From Alphaproteobacteria bacterium (GTDB taxonomy: Bacteria; Pseudomonadota; Alphaproteobacteria; Thalassobaculales; Thalassobaculaceae), in contig JANSYS010000013.1 of assembly GCA_024742275.1 (NCBI GenBank), forward strand, positions 27,704 to 91,703: DNA of 64,000 nucleotides. The letters run 5' to 3'. The notes beneath the pieces were generated by a model. That model was not told the DNA's origin. It was given only the letters and a program-made list of their open reading frames with translations, and made no database searches. This document shows, one piece after another, positions 50,857-60,800 of this stretch. Both the position numbers and the translations under genes were made by a program. Numbering within the stretch: position 1 is the first letter of the stretch; each line of letters starts with the position of its first letter.

Positions 50857-51765
50857 ATGGCCGACGCCACAATCCTGGAGACGCGGTGCCCGGCTTCCCT
50901 GCCGGGCACCAGCATTTTCGACATCGCGCCGACCGGCGAGGCCGGCGTGCTGCCCTACCGCGTGTTCGTCTATACCCCGCCCGGCGACGCGCCCGAGACC
51001 GGCTGGCCTGTGCTCTACATGGTCGACGGTAACGCGGTCTTCGCCACTGCCGTCGACGCCGTCCGCGCCCAGGCCTCCTACCCCAAGGGCTCCAACGTTA
51101 CCCATGGACTGGTCGTCGCCATCGGCTACCCGACTCACGAGGCCTACGATCCCTGGCGCCGTTCCTGGGACCTGAGCCCGCCGCCGGGCCGAGCCTACCC
51201 GCCGTTCCACGAGGGCGGGCCGGAGGTGCGCACCGGCGGCGGCGAGGTGTTTCTCCGGTTCATCGAAGACGCGCTGAAGCCACTGCTGCAGGCACGCTTC
51301 CCCATCGACCGAGGCCGGCAAACCCTGTTCGGCCATTCCTTCGGCGGGCTGTTCGCGCTCTACGCCCTGTTCCGCCGCACGACCGCCTTCCGGACCTGGG
51401 TGGCCGCGAGCCCGGCGATCTACTGGGAAGACACCCTCATCGCCCGGAGCCGGGATGCCATGAGCGCCGACGACTGGTGCCGCTTCACCGGCCGGGTGCT
51501 GCTGTCCGCCGGGGAATACGAGACCGCCGACCTCGCCCCATTCCAGCGCGACCGCGAGGACACCGCGAGCCGGCGTGCGCATCTCACCACGATCCGCACC
51601 CTGGGACTGGCCCGCGACTGGGCCGGCGAGATCAACGTACTGGCCGGCCGCACCGACGCCGCGTATTTCGAGAGCTATGCCGGCGAGAACCATATGTCGG
51701 TGCTGCCGGTGGCGGTGAACCGCGCCGTCCAGGCGGCCTTTGCCGTGGAGGGGGAGGTAGCGTGA
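50857..51765 (+). CDS. Alpha/beta hydrolase, putative siderophore esterase (IroE/Fes-like 'esterase' family)
   Basis: GHSFGG nucleophile elbow and a position between the receptor and the ABC importer. Confidence 0.7.
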   Translation: MADATILETRCPASLPGTSIFDIAPTGEAGVLPYRVFVYTPPGDAPETGWPVLYMVDGNAVFATAVDAVRAQASYPKGSNVTHGLVVAIGYPTHEAYDPWRRSWDLSPPPGRAYPPFHEGGPEVRTGGGEVFLRFIEDALKPLLQARFPIDRGRQTLFGHSFGGLFALYALFRRTTAFRTWVAASPAIYWEDTLIARSRDAMSADDWCRFTGRVLLSAGEYETADLAPFQRDREDTASRRAHLTTIRTLGLARDWAGEINVLAGRTDAAYFESYAGENHMSVLPVAVNRAVQAAFAVEGEVA

Positions 51766-52541
51766 CAGCCCCCGCCTTTTCCCTGCGCGGGGTCGACCTG
51801 CGGATCGGCGACCGACTGGTGCTGCATCCGCTGACCCTGGACCTGCCGGCGGGCCAGGTCACCGGCCTGCTCGGACATAACGGGTCGGGCAAGTCGACGT
51901 TGATGAAGATCCTGGCCCGTCAAATGAAGCCCGACAGCGGCGAGATCGACCTGTTCGGAACCCCGCTGGCCACCCATGCGCCACGACGTCTGGCACGGTC
52001 GCTCGCCTATCTCCCGCAGCACGCGCCGGATACAGATGGCCTGACCGTGCGCGAGCTGGCCGCGCTCGGCCGTTATCCCTGGCACGGGCCATTCGGCCGG
52101 GTCAGCGATCTCGACCGGCAGAAGACCGAGAGCGCGCTGGCCATGACCAACCTGATGACCTTTGCTGACCGGCAGGTCGACACCCTGTCCGGCGGCGAGC
52201 GGCAGCGGGCCTTCCTGGCAATGCTGATGGCCCAGGACGCCGAGTGCCTGCTGCTCGACGAACCGATCTCCGCCCTGGACGTGGCCCAGCAGATCGACGT
52301 GATGAGCTTCGTGCGCCGCCAGGCGATGGAGCATGGCCGCTCGGTCGTGGTGATCCTGCACGACCTGAACATCGCCGCCCGATTCTGCGACCGGCTGGTG
52401 GTGCTGTCGCACGGGCGGGTGGCCGGGCAGGGCGCGCCGGACGATCTGATCCATCCCGACCGCTTGGAAACTCTGTACGGCGTGCCGATGGGCATCTTCG
52501 CCCATCCGACCACAGGCTGGCCGGTCACCTATGTCCTCTGA
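51762..52541 (+). CDS. fhuC: Iron-siderophore ABC transporter ATP-binding protein
   Basis: The GTG at 51762 overlaps the esterase stop (GTGA). Walker A GHNGSGKST, LSGGERQR and LLLDEP. The track ORF is over-extended. Confidence 0.9.
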   Translation: MTAPAFSLRGVDLRIGDRLVLHPLTLDLPAGQVTGLLGHNGSGKSTLMKILARQMKPDSGEIDLFGTPLATHAPRRLARSLAYLPQHAPDTDGLTVRELAALGRYPWHGPFGRVSDLDRQKTESALAMTNLMTFADRQVDTLSGGERQRAFLAMLMAQDAECLLLDEPISALDVAQQIDVMSFVRRQAMEHGRSVVVILHDLNIAARFCDRLVVLSHGRVAGQGAPDDLIHPDRLETLYGVPMGIFAHPTTGWPVTYVL

Positions 52542-53415
52542 AACGCCGATGGGCCTGACACGGCGCGGCTTGCTGGCCGGAATCGGCGCCGTTGCCTGGA
52601 CCGGGCCGGCTCGGGCAGGTGGCGGGCGACGTTTCGCCTCGCTCGACCATGGCCTCGCTCAGACCCTGATCGCGATCGATGCCGACCTCTCCGCCATCGC
52701 CCAAGTGCCGTACTGGGACATATGGACTGTCGAGCCGCCGTTGCCACCGGATGTGGCCAACCTCGGCCTGGCGCGGGAGCCGAACATGGAATCCCTGGCC
52801 CGGCTGGCCCCGGACCTGATCCTCTCCACCCCCTATCTGGAAGGCGTGCGGCACCAACTGGAACTGGTCGCGCCGGTCGAATCGTTTCCCATCCATGCGG
52901 TCGGTGCATCGCCCTGGTCCAACATTCTTGCCGCCACGCGGCGGCTCGGCGTCCTATCGGACCGGGTGGAGGCGGCCGAGCGGTTGATCGTGGAGACCGA
53001 GGCGGAGCTTGCCCGGATCCGCGACGCTCTCTCCCGTCTGCGCGACCTGCCTGTCGTACCGATGCATTTCGTCGACAGCCGCCACGTGCGGATCTACGGA
53101 CAGAACGGTGTCATCCAGGACACGCTCGACCGCCTCGGTCTGCGCAACGGCTGGCCTGGTCCCACCAACGGCTGGGGCTTCGCCACCGCCGGGATCGAGC
53201 GGCTGGTGGAGATCGGCGACGGTTGGGTGCTGGTCTTCGACCCGGTACCGCCGGATGTGGAAGCGTCCCTGGCCGGCAGCCCGCTGTGGCAGGGCCTGCC
53301 TTTCGTGCGCGCGGATCGGGTGCGGCGCTTTCCCAACGTATTGGCCTTCGGGACCCTACCCGCCGCCGCCCGCCTCGCCCGACTGCTGGCGGCGTTCGAG
53401 CGCGACCATGTCTGA
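52531..53415 (+). CDS. fhuD: Iron-siderophore ABC substrate-binding protein (FhuD-like) with a Tat-type leader
   Basis: TRRGLLAGIGAVAW leader, a class III SBP pattern and overlaps with both neighbours. Confidence 0.82.
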   Translation: MSSETPMGLTRRGLLAGIGAVAWTGPARAGGGRRFASLDHGLAQTLIAIDADLSAIAQVPYWDIWTVEPPLPPDVANLGLAREPNMESLARLAPDLILSTPYLEGVRHQLELVAPVESFPIHAVGASPWSNILAATRRLGVLSDRVEAAERLIVETEAELARIRDALSRLRDLPVVPMHFVDSRHVRIYGQNGVIQDTLDRLGLRNGWPGPTNGWGFATAGIERLVEIGDGWVLVFDPVPPDVEASLAGSPLWQGLPFVRADRVRRFPNVLAFGTLPAAARLARLLAAFERDHV

Positions 53416-55405
53416 TCGCCGCCTTGCGCTCACCCCATGGCTTGCGGCGATGACCGTCCTTTCCGCCGGTCTGACCGCCGCCAATCTCGCCCCCGATTTG
53501 AGCATGCTCGACCTCGACCGGCTGCTCGCGCCAGTGCCGCAGGACGTGGACGCCATGGTCATGGCCTACAGCCGGTTGCCCCGGCTGTGCATCGGCCTGC
53601 TCTGCGGCGCGGCGCTGGGCCTGTCGGGAACCCTGTTTCAGCAGGTGATGCGCAACCCGCTGGCCTCGCCGTCGACCATCGGCGTGGAGGCCGGGGCCGG
53701 CTGCGCTATCGCCGCCGCGACCCTCTACCTGCCAGCGCTGCTGGGGTGGAGCCGGGATCTGGTGGCCCTGTCCGGCGGGTTCCTTGCCGTCGGGCTGGTC
53801 TTCCTGATCGCGGGTCGCTTCCGTTTCGCCCCGCTCGCCGTGGTCCTGGGCGGGTTGGTCGTCGGTTTTTACCTGGGGGCGGCGACGACCACCCTGGCCC
53901 TGCTGCACGAGTACCAGCTCGCCGGGCTGTTCGTCTGGGGCAGCGGCTCGCTCAGCCAGCAGGATTGGCGCCCCACCCTGGATCTCCTGCCCCGCCTCGC
54001 CGTGACCGCCATTGCCGCGGGCCTGCTGGCCCGGCCGCTGGTGCTGCTGCAGCTCGACGAGGCAGCGCGTGGGCTCGGACTGCGCATCGCCCTGGTGCGC
54101 GCCGCCGCCCTGGCCGTCGCCGTCGCCCTCGCCGGATTCACCGTGAGCGCGGTCGGCGTCATTGGCTTTCTCGGCCTCGCCGCGCCCAGCATCGCCCGCG
54201 CGCTGGGGGCCCGCCGGCTGGCGACCCGCATGATCGTCGCCCCGCTGGTCGGCGCCCTGCTGTTGACTGTCACCGACCAGACGCTGCAGATGCTCACTGC
54301 GGCGACGGGCGCGTTCCTGCCGACTGGAGCGGTGACGGCGATGCTCGGCGCGCCGGCCTTGTTCATCCTGGCCCGGCGCCTGCGCGCCGCCCAGCCGCAA
54401 CACACCGCCCGCGGACCGGTCCTGCAGCGGGTCCAGTCGGTCTGGCTCCTTGCCCTGTTCGCCATCCTCGTCCTGGTCGCCTTGACCGCAACGGTCGTCG
54501 GCCGCGACCTGGGCGGTGCCTGGGTGATGGAACTGGTGACGGCACTGCAGCCGTTTCTCGCCTGGCGCCTGCCGCGCATGGTGGGGGCGCTCGCCGCCGG
54601 CGCCATGCTGGCGGTCGCCGGGGTCATGCTCCAGCGCCTGACCCGCAACCCGATGGCCAGCCCCGAAGTGCTGGGTGTCAGCGCGGGCAGCGCCTTTGGC
54701 TTGCTGGTCGCTGTGTTCTTCCTCGCCGCCCCAGATCATCTCATCCTGACCGTCTGTGCGGCGCTGGGGGCGGCGGCCGTTCTCGGCACCCTGCTGGTTT
54801 CCGTCCGTCGTGTCGGGCTGGGCGGCAACCAGGCGCTGCTGACCGGCGTGGCGCTCGCCGCATTCCTCATGGCCCTGCTCTCGGCGGTGACGGCGACCGG
54901 CGATCCGCGGGCGATGCTGCTGATGGGCTGGATGGCCGGCTCGACGTATCGGGTCAACGCAGCGGAGGCGACCGTCGCCGGTGTCCTCGCACTCGCCATG
55001 CTGCCGGCCCTGCCGGTGCTGGCTCGCCAGCTCGAGCATCTGAGCCTCGGGTCAGCGCATGCCAGGTCGGTGGGCCTGCCGGTGGCGCGGAGCGGGCTGA
55101 TCGTGCTCTGCACCGCCGGGTTGCTGACGGCGGCGGCGACCCTGATCGTCGGCCCGCTGAGCTTCGTCGGATTGATGGCGCCGCATATCGCGCGCCGTCT
55201 CGGCTTCGCCTGCTGTCTGCCCCAGCTCGCGGCCGCCGCCCTGATCGGCGCGATCATCATGGTCACCGCCGACCTGCTCGGCCGCACGATCCATTTCCCC
55301 TGGCAGCTTCCCGCCGGGCTACTTAGTGCGCTGATCGGCGCACCGGTCTTGCTCGTGCTTCTGCTGTTGCCAGGATGGCAGCAGCACGAACCGAAGGCAC
55401 CGTGA
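53408..55405 (+). CDS. fhuB: Iron-hydroxamate ABC permease, fused double FecCD domain (FhuB-type)
   Basis: 665 aa with two tandem FecCD permease halves (RNPLASPSTIGV... and RNPMASPEVLGV...). The ATG at 53408 overlaps the fhuD stop. Confidence 0.9.
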   Translation: MSDRRLALTPWLAAMTVLSAGLTAANLAPDLSMLDLDRLLAPVPQDVDAMVMAYSRLPRLCIGLLCGAALGLSGTLFQQVMRNPLASPSTIGVEAGAGCAIAAATLYLPALLGWSRDLVALSGGFLAVGLVFLIAGRFRFAPLAVVLGGLVVGFYLGAATTTLALLHEYQLAGLFVWGSGSLSQQDWRPTLDLLPRLAVTAIAAGLLARPLVLLQLDEAARGLGLRIALVRAAALAVAVALAGFTVSAVGVIGFLGLAAPSIARALGARRLATRMIVAPLVGALLLTVTDQTLQMLTAATGAFLPTGAVTAMLGAPALFILARRLRAAQPQHTARGPVLQRVQSVWLLALFAILVLVALTATVVGRDLGGAWVMELVTALQPFLAWRLPRMVGALAAGAMLAVAGVMLQRLTRNPMASPEVLGVSAGSAFGLLVAVFFLAAPDHLILTVCAALGAAAVLGTLLVSVRRVGLGGNQALLTGVALAAFLMALLSAVTATGDPRAMLLMGWMAGSTYRVNAAEATVAGVLALAMLPALPVLARQLEHLSLGSAHARSVGLPVARSGLIVLCTAGLLTAAATLIVGPLSFVGLMAPHIARRLGFACCLPQLAAAALIGAIIMVTADLLGRTIHFPWQLPAGLLSALIGAPVLLVLLLLPGWQQHEPKAP

Positions 55406-55476
55406 TGCGTCGCATCGAGGAGCAGCTTACCACCCTCAGTCCGAATTCTATCGAATGGTTCATAGACAGTCAGTGT

Positions 55477-55557
55477 CCGCTATGGGTCGAACGGCTCGTA
55501 GTGCTCCAACGGCCGCTATGGGTCGTTCCAGGGCGGTTCAACGGTCGCTATTGGTCG
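55477..55557. repeat. Three degenerate direct repeats (CCGCTATGGGTCG, CCGCTATGGGTCG, TCGCTATTGGTCG) at 36- and 32-nt spacing
   Basis: Copies at 55477..55489, 55513..55525 and 55545..55557. Extended copies 2 and 3 (55505..55525 vs 55537..55557) share 18 of 21 nt. Confidence 0.6.
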
Positions 55558-55787
55558 AGCGGCGCAGGGAACTTGACCGGCGTTCTAGAGCATCGACCGT
55601 ACCGGGGTTTCCGTACCAAATTCCCCCAAAGTAGCGGTAGGCAGTTGTTTTGATTTCAATGGCTTAAGCGAGGCGTCAGAATCGTGTTTTTAGCGTTTCC
55701 AGCGGCTTAGCGGCAATTCCTGTAGGGACTGATTGGAACGTGGGGGTCAGCCATTGTGGGGTCGGGTGCGATCGGGCGCATAAGGGG

Positions 55788-56205
55788 TCACCTCAAGAAC
55801 TCGCGCGCCGCCAGAAGCGTTCGCATCTCCTGACTCTCCGTCGACTTGATGTGGACGGATTTGAACCAGCCGGATCGGATCAATTGAGCCAGCGATCGCG
55901 CGTCGTTGCGATCGTTCTTGTTGCGGTTCATGGCCTCCATCGCGGCCTTCGCATGGCGCGCCTCAATACAAACGGCAGGAAGCCCGCTTCCGCCAAACCA
56001 TTGTAGAGTCATTGAGACAATGGGCCTGCCTCGAACCCGACCCGTTCAAAAGGTCCATCTGCCCTGGCCAGCACCGTGCCGATCGCATCCGGATCGGAAC
56101 TCGCCTGAGCTTCGAGAACCGTTCGGCCTTCCTCTCCGACAATGTGGCAATTATAACATTTGACTTCATTAATTACACGTATATGGTGTGTTTCGGTAAC
56201 TCGAC
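55788..56205 (-). pseudogene. IS110-family transposase remnant (N-terminal DEDD domain only; frameshifted, decayed, C-terminal half missing)
   Basis: GLPAVCIEARHAKAAMEAMNRNKNDRNDARSLAQLIRSGWFKSVHIKSTESQEMRTLLAAREFL in ORF 55788..56012. The upstream piece VGEEGRTVLEAQASSDPDAIGTVLARADGPFERVGFEAGPLSQ is in another frame, and the extreme N-terminus is degraded to HHIRVINEVKCYNCHIV. Confidence 0.7.
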
Positions 56206-56404
56206 CTATCAGTGACTGATTAATGTTGCAGTACTACTCAAATCACGCGCATTAAGTGCCAGGATGCCCGGTCCGCTGTCGGTCGAAGGGAGAGCAGACT
56301 CGACATCCAGTAGAGGGAAGGGGCATGGCCGGTCGGCCTGCTAAGCCGTAGCCATGTTCCGGACGGACGGATTGCACAGCCGCCGACGGCGGTAACGGAG
56401 GTCT

Positions 56405-57781
56405 TTGTCACGAGAATACCCTCGTAGATTGAATTACTTCCACAACATGATGTTGCCAGCCCAGGAGGTCCGAAAGGTCATGCCGATCGCCCCGATCGCC
56501 ATCGATTCAAATCCGAACTACGGCGGGAATCTGATCAATCAAAAATATTCCCCGCTGGGCGAAGTTCAATTGAGCAGCGACAACAAAAAAGAGGTGACGG
56601 CGATACTCAACAATCGAGTGTCTCTGTTAGCGGCGCGCGGGCTGCTTCCGGTCAGCAACACCGGTACCGACCATTTTTACTTGCTCTTCTTTGCGCCCAA
56701 TAACTTCCTGGCCACCGTGAACCGGTTACTTGCGCCACTGATCGTCGTATCGAGCGGCAGGGCTAACTGGATTCAAGAGACCCTGAACGCCGGAAACCGA
56801 GTAAATGCCGGAGGTTCAATTACAGGATACGACTACAACGGAGTATTCAATGAGGGACCGGTTCCCTGGTATTTTCCAGGAAGATCGAAACGTCAAACAA
56901 TAATTGTAACCCATAGCAGCGAATGTAAATATTATGCAAATATCCTGAAAGAATTCGATAACGTGTTTGTCGTCGGATACAAATTCGGCTCGCGCGTCGA
57001 TATGAACGATCAACTCGTCGGGTTCGGGGCCAGCCGGTTTGCTGCGATGCAACTGGCAATCAATCTCCGGTTCCCATTGGTGTGGGCGGTCGACGACAAC
57101 GTCGTAAACATCAACGGGTTTCCACAGGCAGTGTCCACAGTCGAAGGACAGATGGTGGCCGGTACTGACTTTGCGTTCAGTTTCAGCGCTGCAACCAGCA
57201 TTAAGTCGACGAAGCCGGAAATCACAACCATCAGCATGAATGAGAACAGCTACAATTTAGCCAACTCCAATCCGGGAATCCTACAGCAATGTGTGCTTTG
57301 GCAACCGGAATTGCTGAAGAACAACAACCTTAATTTTTCCCCGATTTTTGTTTCATCGAACGAAGATGTAAGCCTCAGTTCATATCTGACTGCGACTGGT
57401 CGCGTACAAAAGATAATAAAACCATTAACAACAACAAAATACCTAGCGTCACCCGATCCATATGATCCTAATGATACTACCTGTAATATCGGTTTCTATA
57501 AATATGTCATTCCATTCAGACAGAGGATTATTAACTATTTTGCCGAATCAGAAGCAAGCATCCCGGTATCGGACATAGCGACCAGCCGAACCAGCAATCT
57601 TGCGGACTTCATTAGCAACTTCCTGAAATCCCAAAAAAAAGAACAAATGGATCCAAACCTGGCACAATCACAGGCCGTTGAACAGATACTATCAGCATCG
57701 ATGAAGTCTCCATCCTGGATCCCACCCAACTTCTTCAATCCATATGGTTCCCAACTTATCGTCAAGTATCTTAAATACTGA
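56405..57781 (+). CDS. Hypothetical 458-aa protein, strongly AT-rich relative to the replicon; tentative GT-A (GT8/toxin-like) glycosyltransferase motifs
   Basis: TTG start with GGAGG 3 nt upstream (alternative ATG at 56447). Sampled lines are 38-50% G+C. Ordered motifs VWAVDDNVV (DxD-like), NPGILQQCVLW and SSNEDVSLSSYL. Confidence 0.65.
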   Translation: MSREYPRRLNYFHNMMLPAQEVRKVMPIAPIAIDSNPNYGGNLINQKYSPLGEVQLSSDNKKEVTAILNNRVSLLAARGLLPVSNTGTDHFYLLFFAPNNFLATVNRLLAPLIVVSSGRANWIQETLNAGNRVNAGGSITGYDYNGVFNEGPVPWYFPGRSKRQTIIVTHSSECKYYANILKEFDNVFVVGYKFGSRVDMNDQLVGFGASRFAAMQLAINLRFPLVWAVDDNVVNINGFPQAVSTVEGQMVAGTDFAFSFSAATSIKSTKPEITTISMNENSYNLANSNPGILQQCVLWQPELLKNNNLNFSPIFVSSNEDVSLSSYLTATGRVQKIIKPLTTTKYLASPDPYDPNDTTCNIGFYKYVIPFRQRIINYFAESEASIPVSDIATSRTSNLADFISNFLKSQKKEQMDPNLAQSQAVEQILSASMKSPSWIPPNFFNPYGSQLIVKYLKY

Positions 57782-57875
57782 AATATATGACGAATTTATT
57801 TGTTGATTAATGATGACAAGCTACTGACGAACTGAAGAACCGATGCGCCCCGCGAAGTAAAGGAATGTGAGTGAC

Positions 57876-60800
57876 ATGGACCTCAACACACTTGCAACCA
57901 CCCTTCGGCAACAGGCGGGCCAGAACGACGCGATCGCGTTCGACAGCAGCTTTCTGAGCAGCGACCAGATTGTGGCCGTGCAGAGCGGCTTCGGTCTCGG
58001 CCAGCAGAGCTACCTCACAATCAAGGACATCTCCGCCTCGGATGTCCCCGCCCCGGACGGCGGCACGCTGAAGCTGAGCGCCGGCAGCGTATCGGCCCTG
58101 TCGCAAGATGACATGCCGGTGGCGGTGGTGTTCTCGGTGGACGGCGGCGGCACCCTGCAGTTCACGATCACCCTGACGCTGGCGGACTCATGGGCCTTCA
58201 CGGACAGCTTCCCCAGCCTGACGCCATTCCCGTTCGACAAGATCACCGAGGCCAACAGCCGCGCGGTCTACGCCAGCGCCGCGGTCGCCGGGTTCACCCC
58301 CTACACCTCCCAGCCCCATGAGCAGGTCGACCTGGCGGCTGGGCTGAACATCGTCACCCAACCGCAACTGAGCCTGACGGGCGGCGTGGCGGGACTGCTC
58401 CAGAATGTCCTGTCGCAGCAGACCACCTTCACGTTCGCCGGGTCCATCGACCTGAGCGGCGGCAACGCCTACCCGGTATGCGACTTCGTCTGCAAGCTGG
58501 TGGCCGGTAGCTTCGACATCGTCCCGCACAAGCTGTCGGTCGGCGGGCTCGGCCTGGCGATCTCGGTGTCGGAGCCGGTGCTCGGCATCCAGACCTTCAC
58601 CCTGAGGCTAGAGGCCTCGACCATCGACCTGACCTTCGGGGCGGAGATCCCGAACGATGGCGCGATCCTGGGGTTCTTCGCCGAGCCGAAGGCCGGCCAC
58701 CAGTTCGGCGTGCAGCAGATCCTGTCGCTGCCGTTCGGGTCCGGCTTCCAGGACGACATCCCGTCCGAGCTCGCGGACGGCTTCAACGCCGCGCTGCTGC
58801 AGTCCTTCTCGATCCTGCTGACGTCGAGTGGCAGCATCGGCGCGTTGTCCTTCGCGATCGGCAGCGATCCCGGCTTCACCTGGACGCTGATCGACGACGT
58901 ACTGGTGCTCGACAGCACTCACCTCGAGCTCGGAATGCTCCAGCCGGGCGGCGCCGACGCCTCGACCACGGTGTCGTTCGCGGCCACCGCCTCGATCTTT
59001 CCGAGCGTGTTCACCGGCACGTTCGACTTCTCCATTGAGACCGACAATCCGGGTGGCAGCTCCTGGGAGATCCAGAGCATTTCCGGCAAGTACGTCGGAG
59101 AGGCCAAGCTCGGCGACATCGTCCAGGGCATCGTCGGCAGCACCGCCAAGGTTCCGGCCGCTCTCAACGACATCAGTTTCCAAGATTTCGGCGCGCGCGC
59201 AGCGAAGAAGGGCTCGGGCTACAGCTACTCGGTCTACGGCACGGTGCAGGTCGCCATGCCGATCATGGACACCTCGCTACTGGCGACCCTGATCGTTCAG
59301 GCGACCTACGACAGCGGCGACTACACCATGAAGCTCGCCGGCACCTTCCTGGTGGGCGAGGAGAATTTCGACCTCGAGCTGGACCTCGGCAAGAGCGGGC
59401 AGCAGTCCGTCGGCGACTCCGATATCGTCATGACGGCGTCCTGGACGGCCCTGACCCCCGATGCCCAGCTTCAGTTCTCCGAGATCGCCGAGGCGTTCGG
59501 CTTCTCCGGCGACGACATCCCGCCGATCCCGTCCGACCTGGAGCTGTCGCTTAAGAGCGCCTCGCTGTCCTACGACTTCACCAAGAGCGAGCTGCTGATT
59601 GCGCTGGCGTCCGCGACCTACGGGGACGCCGTGTTCGCGGCGGTCAAGAACCCGGACACCCACCAGTGGCAGTACTTCTTCGGCATGGCGGTCGACAAGC
59701 CGATCCCGATCAGCAATCTGCCGCTGGTCGGCGATGTCCTGCCCGCGAACGAGACGGTCGAGATCAAGGACATCCACGTCGTCATCGCCTCGGCGGCGTT
59801 CAGCGACACCCTGGCCACCCAGGTGAACGCGCTGATCACGCCGCTCGGATCCGGCTACCCGACGGTGCCGGACGTGGATGGCCAGGGAATGGCCGCCGGC
59901 TTCGGGTTCTCGATGAACGTCGCGGTCGGCAGCGACACCATCCCGCTGTCCTTCGAAACCGGCCAGTCTGGCGGTGGAGGTGATTCGGCGCTGCGGGCCC
60001 GGACGGGCTCGCTGGCCGCGGCTCCCGGGGCCGTCGCCGCGGTCGCGGCCGCGCCGGCCTCGGACGGCGTCGCCTGGTTCAACGTCCAGAAGACCTTCGG
60101 CCCGGTCTCGATCGACAAGATCGGCCTGCAGTACAAGAACCAGGAGCTCTTCGTCCTGACCAACATGTCCCTGAGCGGCGATGGCCTGACCATCGGGCTG
60201 CTCGGCTTCGGGATCGGCAGCCCGCTGACCAGCTTCGACCCGACGTTCCAGCTCCAGGGCCTCGACGTAACCTACGCCGGCGGCGGCATCACCATCAGCG
60301 GCGGCCTGCGCGGGCAGATCGAGCCGGAGGTCAGCTTCGTCGGGGAGCTTATGGTCGAAGCCGAGAGCTTCGGCATCGCCGGCCTCGCCGGCTACGGCTC
60401 GGTCGACGGCGCGCCGTCGATGTTCCTGTACGCGGTCCTGAACGCGACGCTCGGCGGGCCGGCCTGCTTCTTCGTCACCGGCCTCGCCGCCGGCTTCGGC
60501 TACAACCGCGACCTCCAGATTCCGGACGTGGGCGGGATCGCCGACTTCCCGCTCGTCGAATGGGCCCAGGCCACGGACAACCCGCCGGGCATGGACATGA
60601 CCGCGTCCATCGGCCCGCAGGTCGCCGCCGTGCTCCAGCGCCTGTCGGCGGACGGAATCGTGGCGCCCATGGCCGGCCAGTCCTGGTTCGCCGCCGGCGT
60701 GCGCTTCACCTCCTTCGATCTCGTCAACTCGTTCGCGCTCGGGATCGTCAAGTTCGGCAACGACGTGGAGATCGACCTGCTCGGCACCTCCACCGTGGCC

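Noticed and set aside
53111-55039. 642-aa minus-strand ORF, plus the 629-aa alternative plus-frame ORF at 53437..55326
   Set aside because: Both overlap fhuB, whose frame gives two clean FecCD permease halves. The alternatives are Arg/Gly/Pro-rich with no TM or domain pattern.
55477-55557. CRISPR array
   Set aside because: There are only three short, degenerate repeats with irregular spacing and no cas genes. No CRISPR-like array was seen anywhere in the window.
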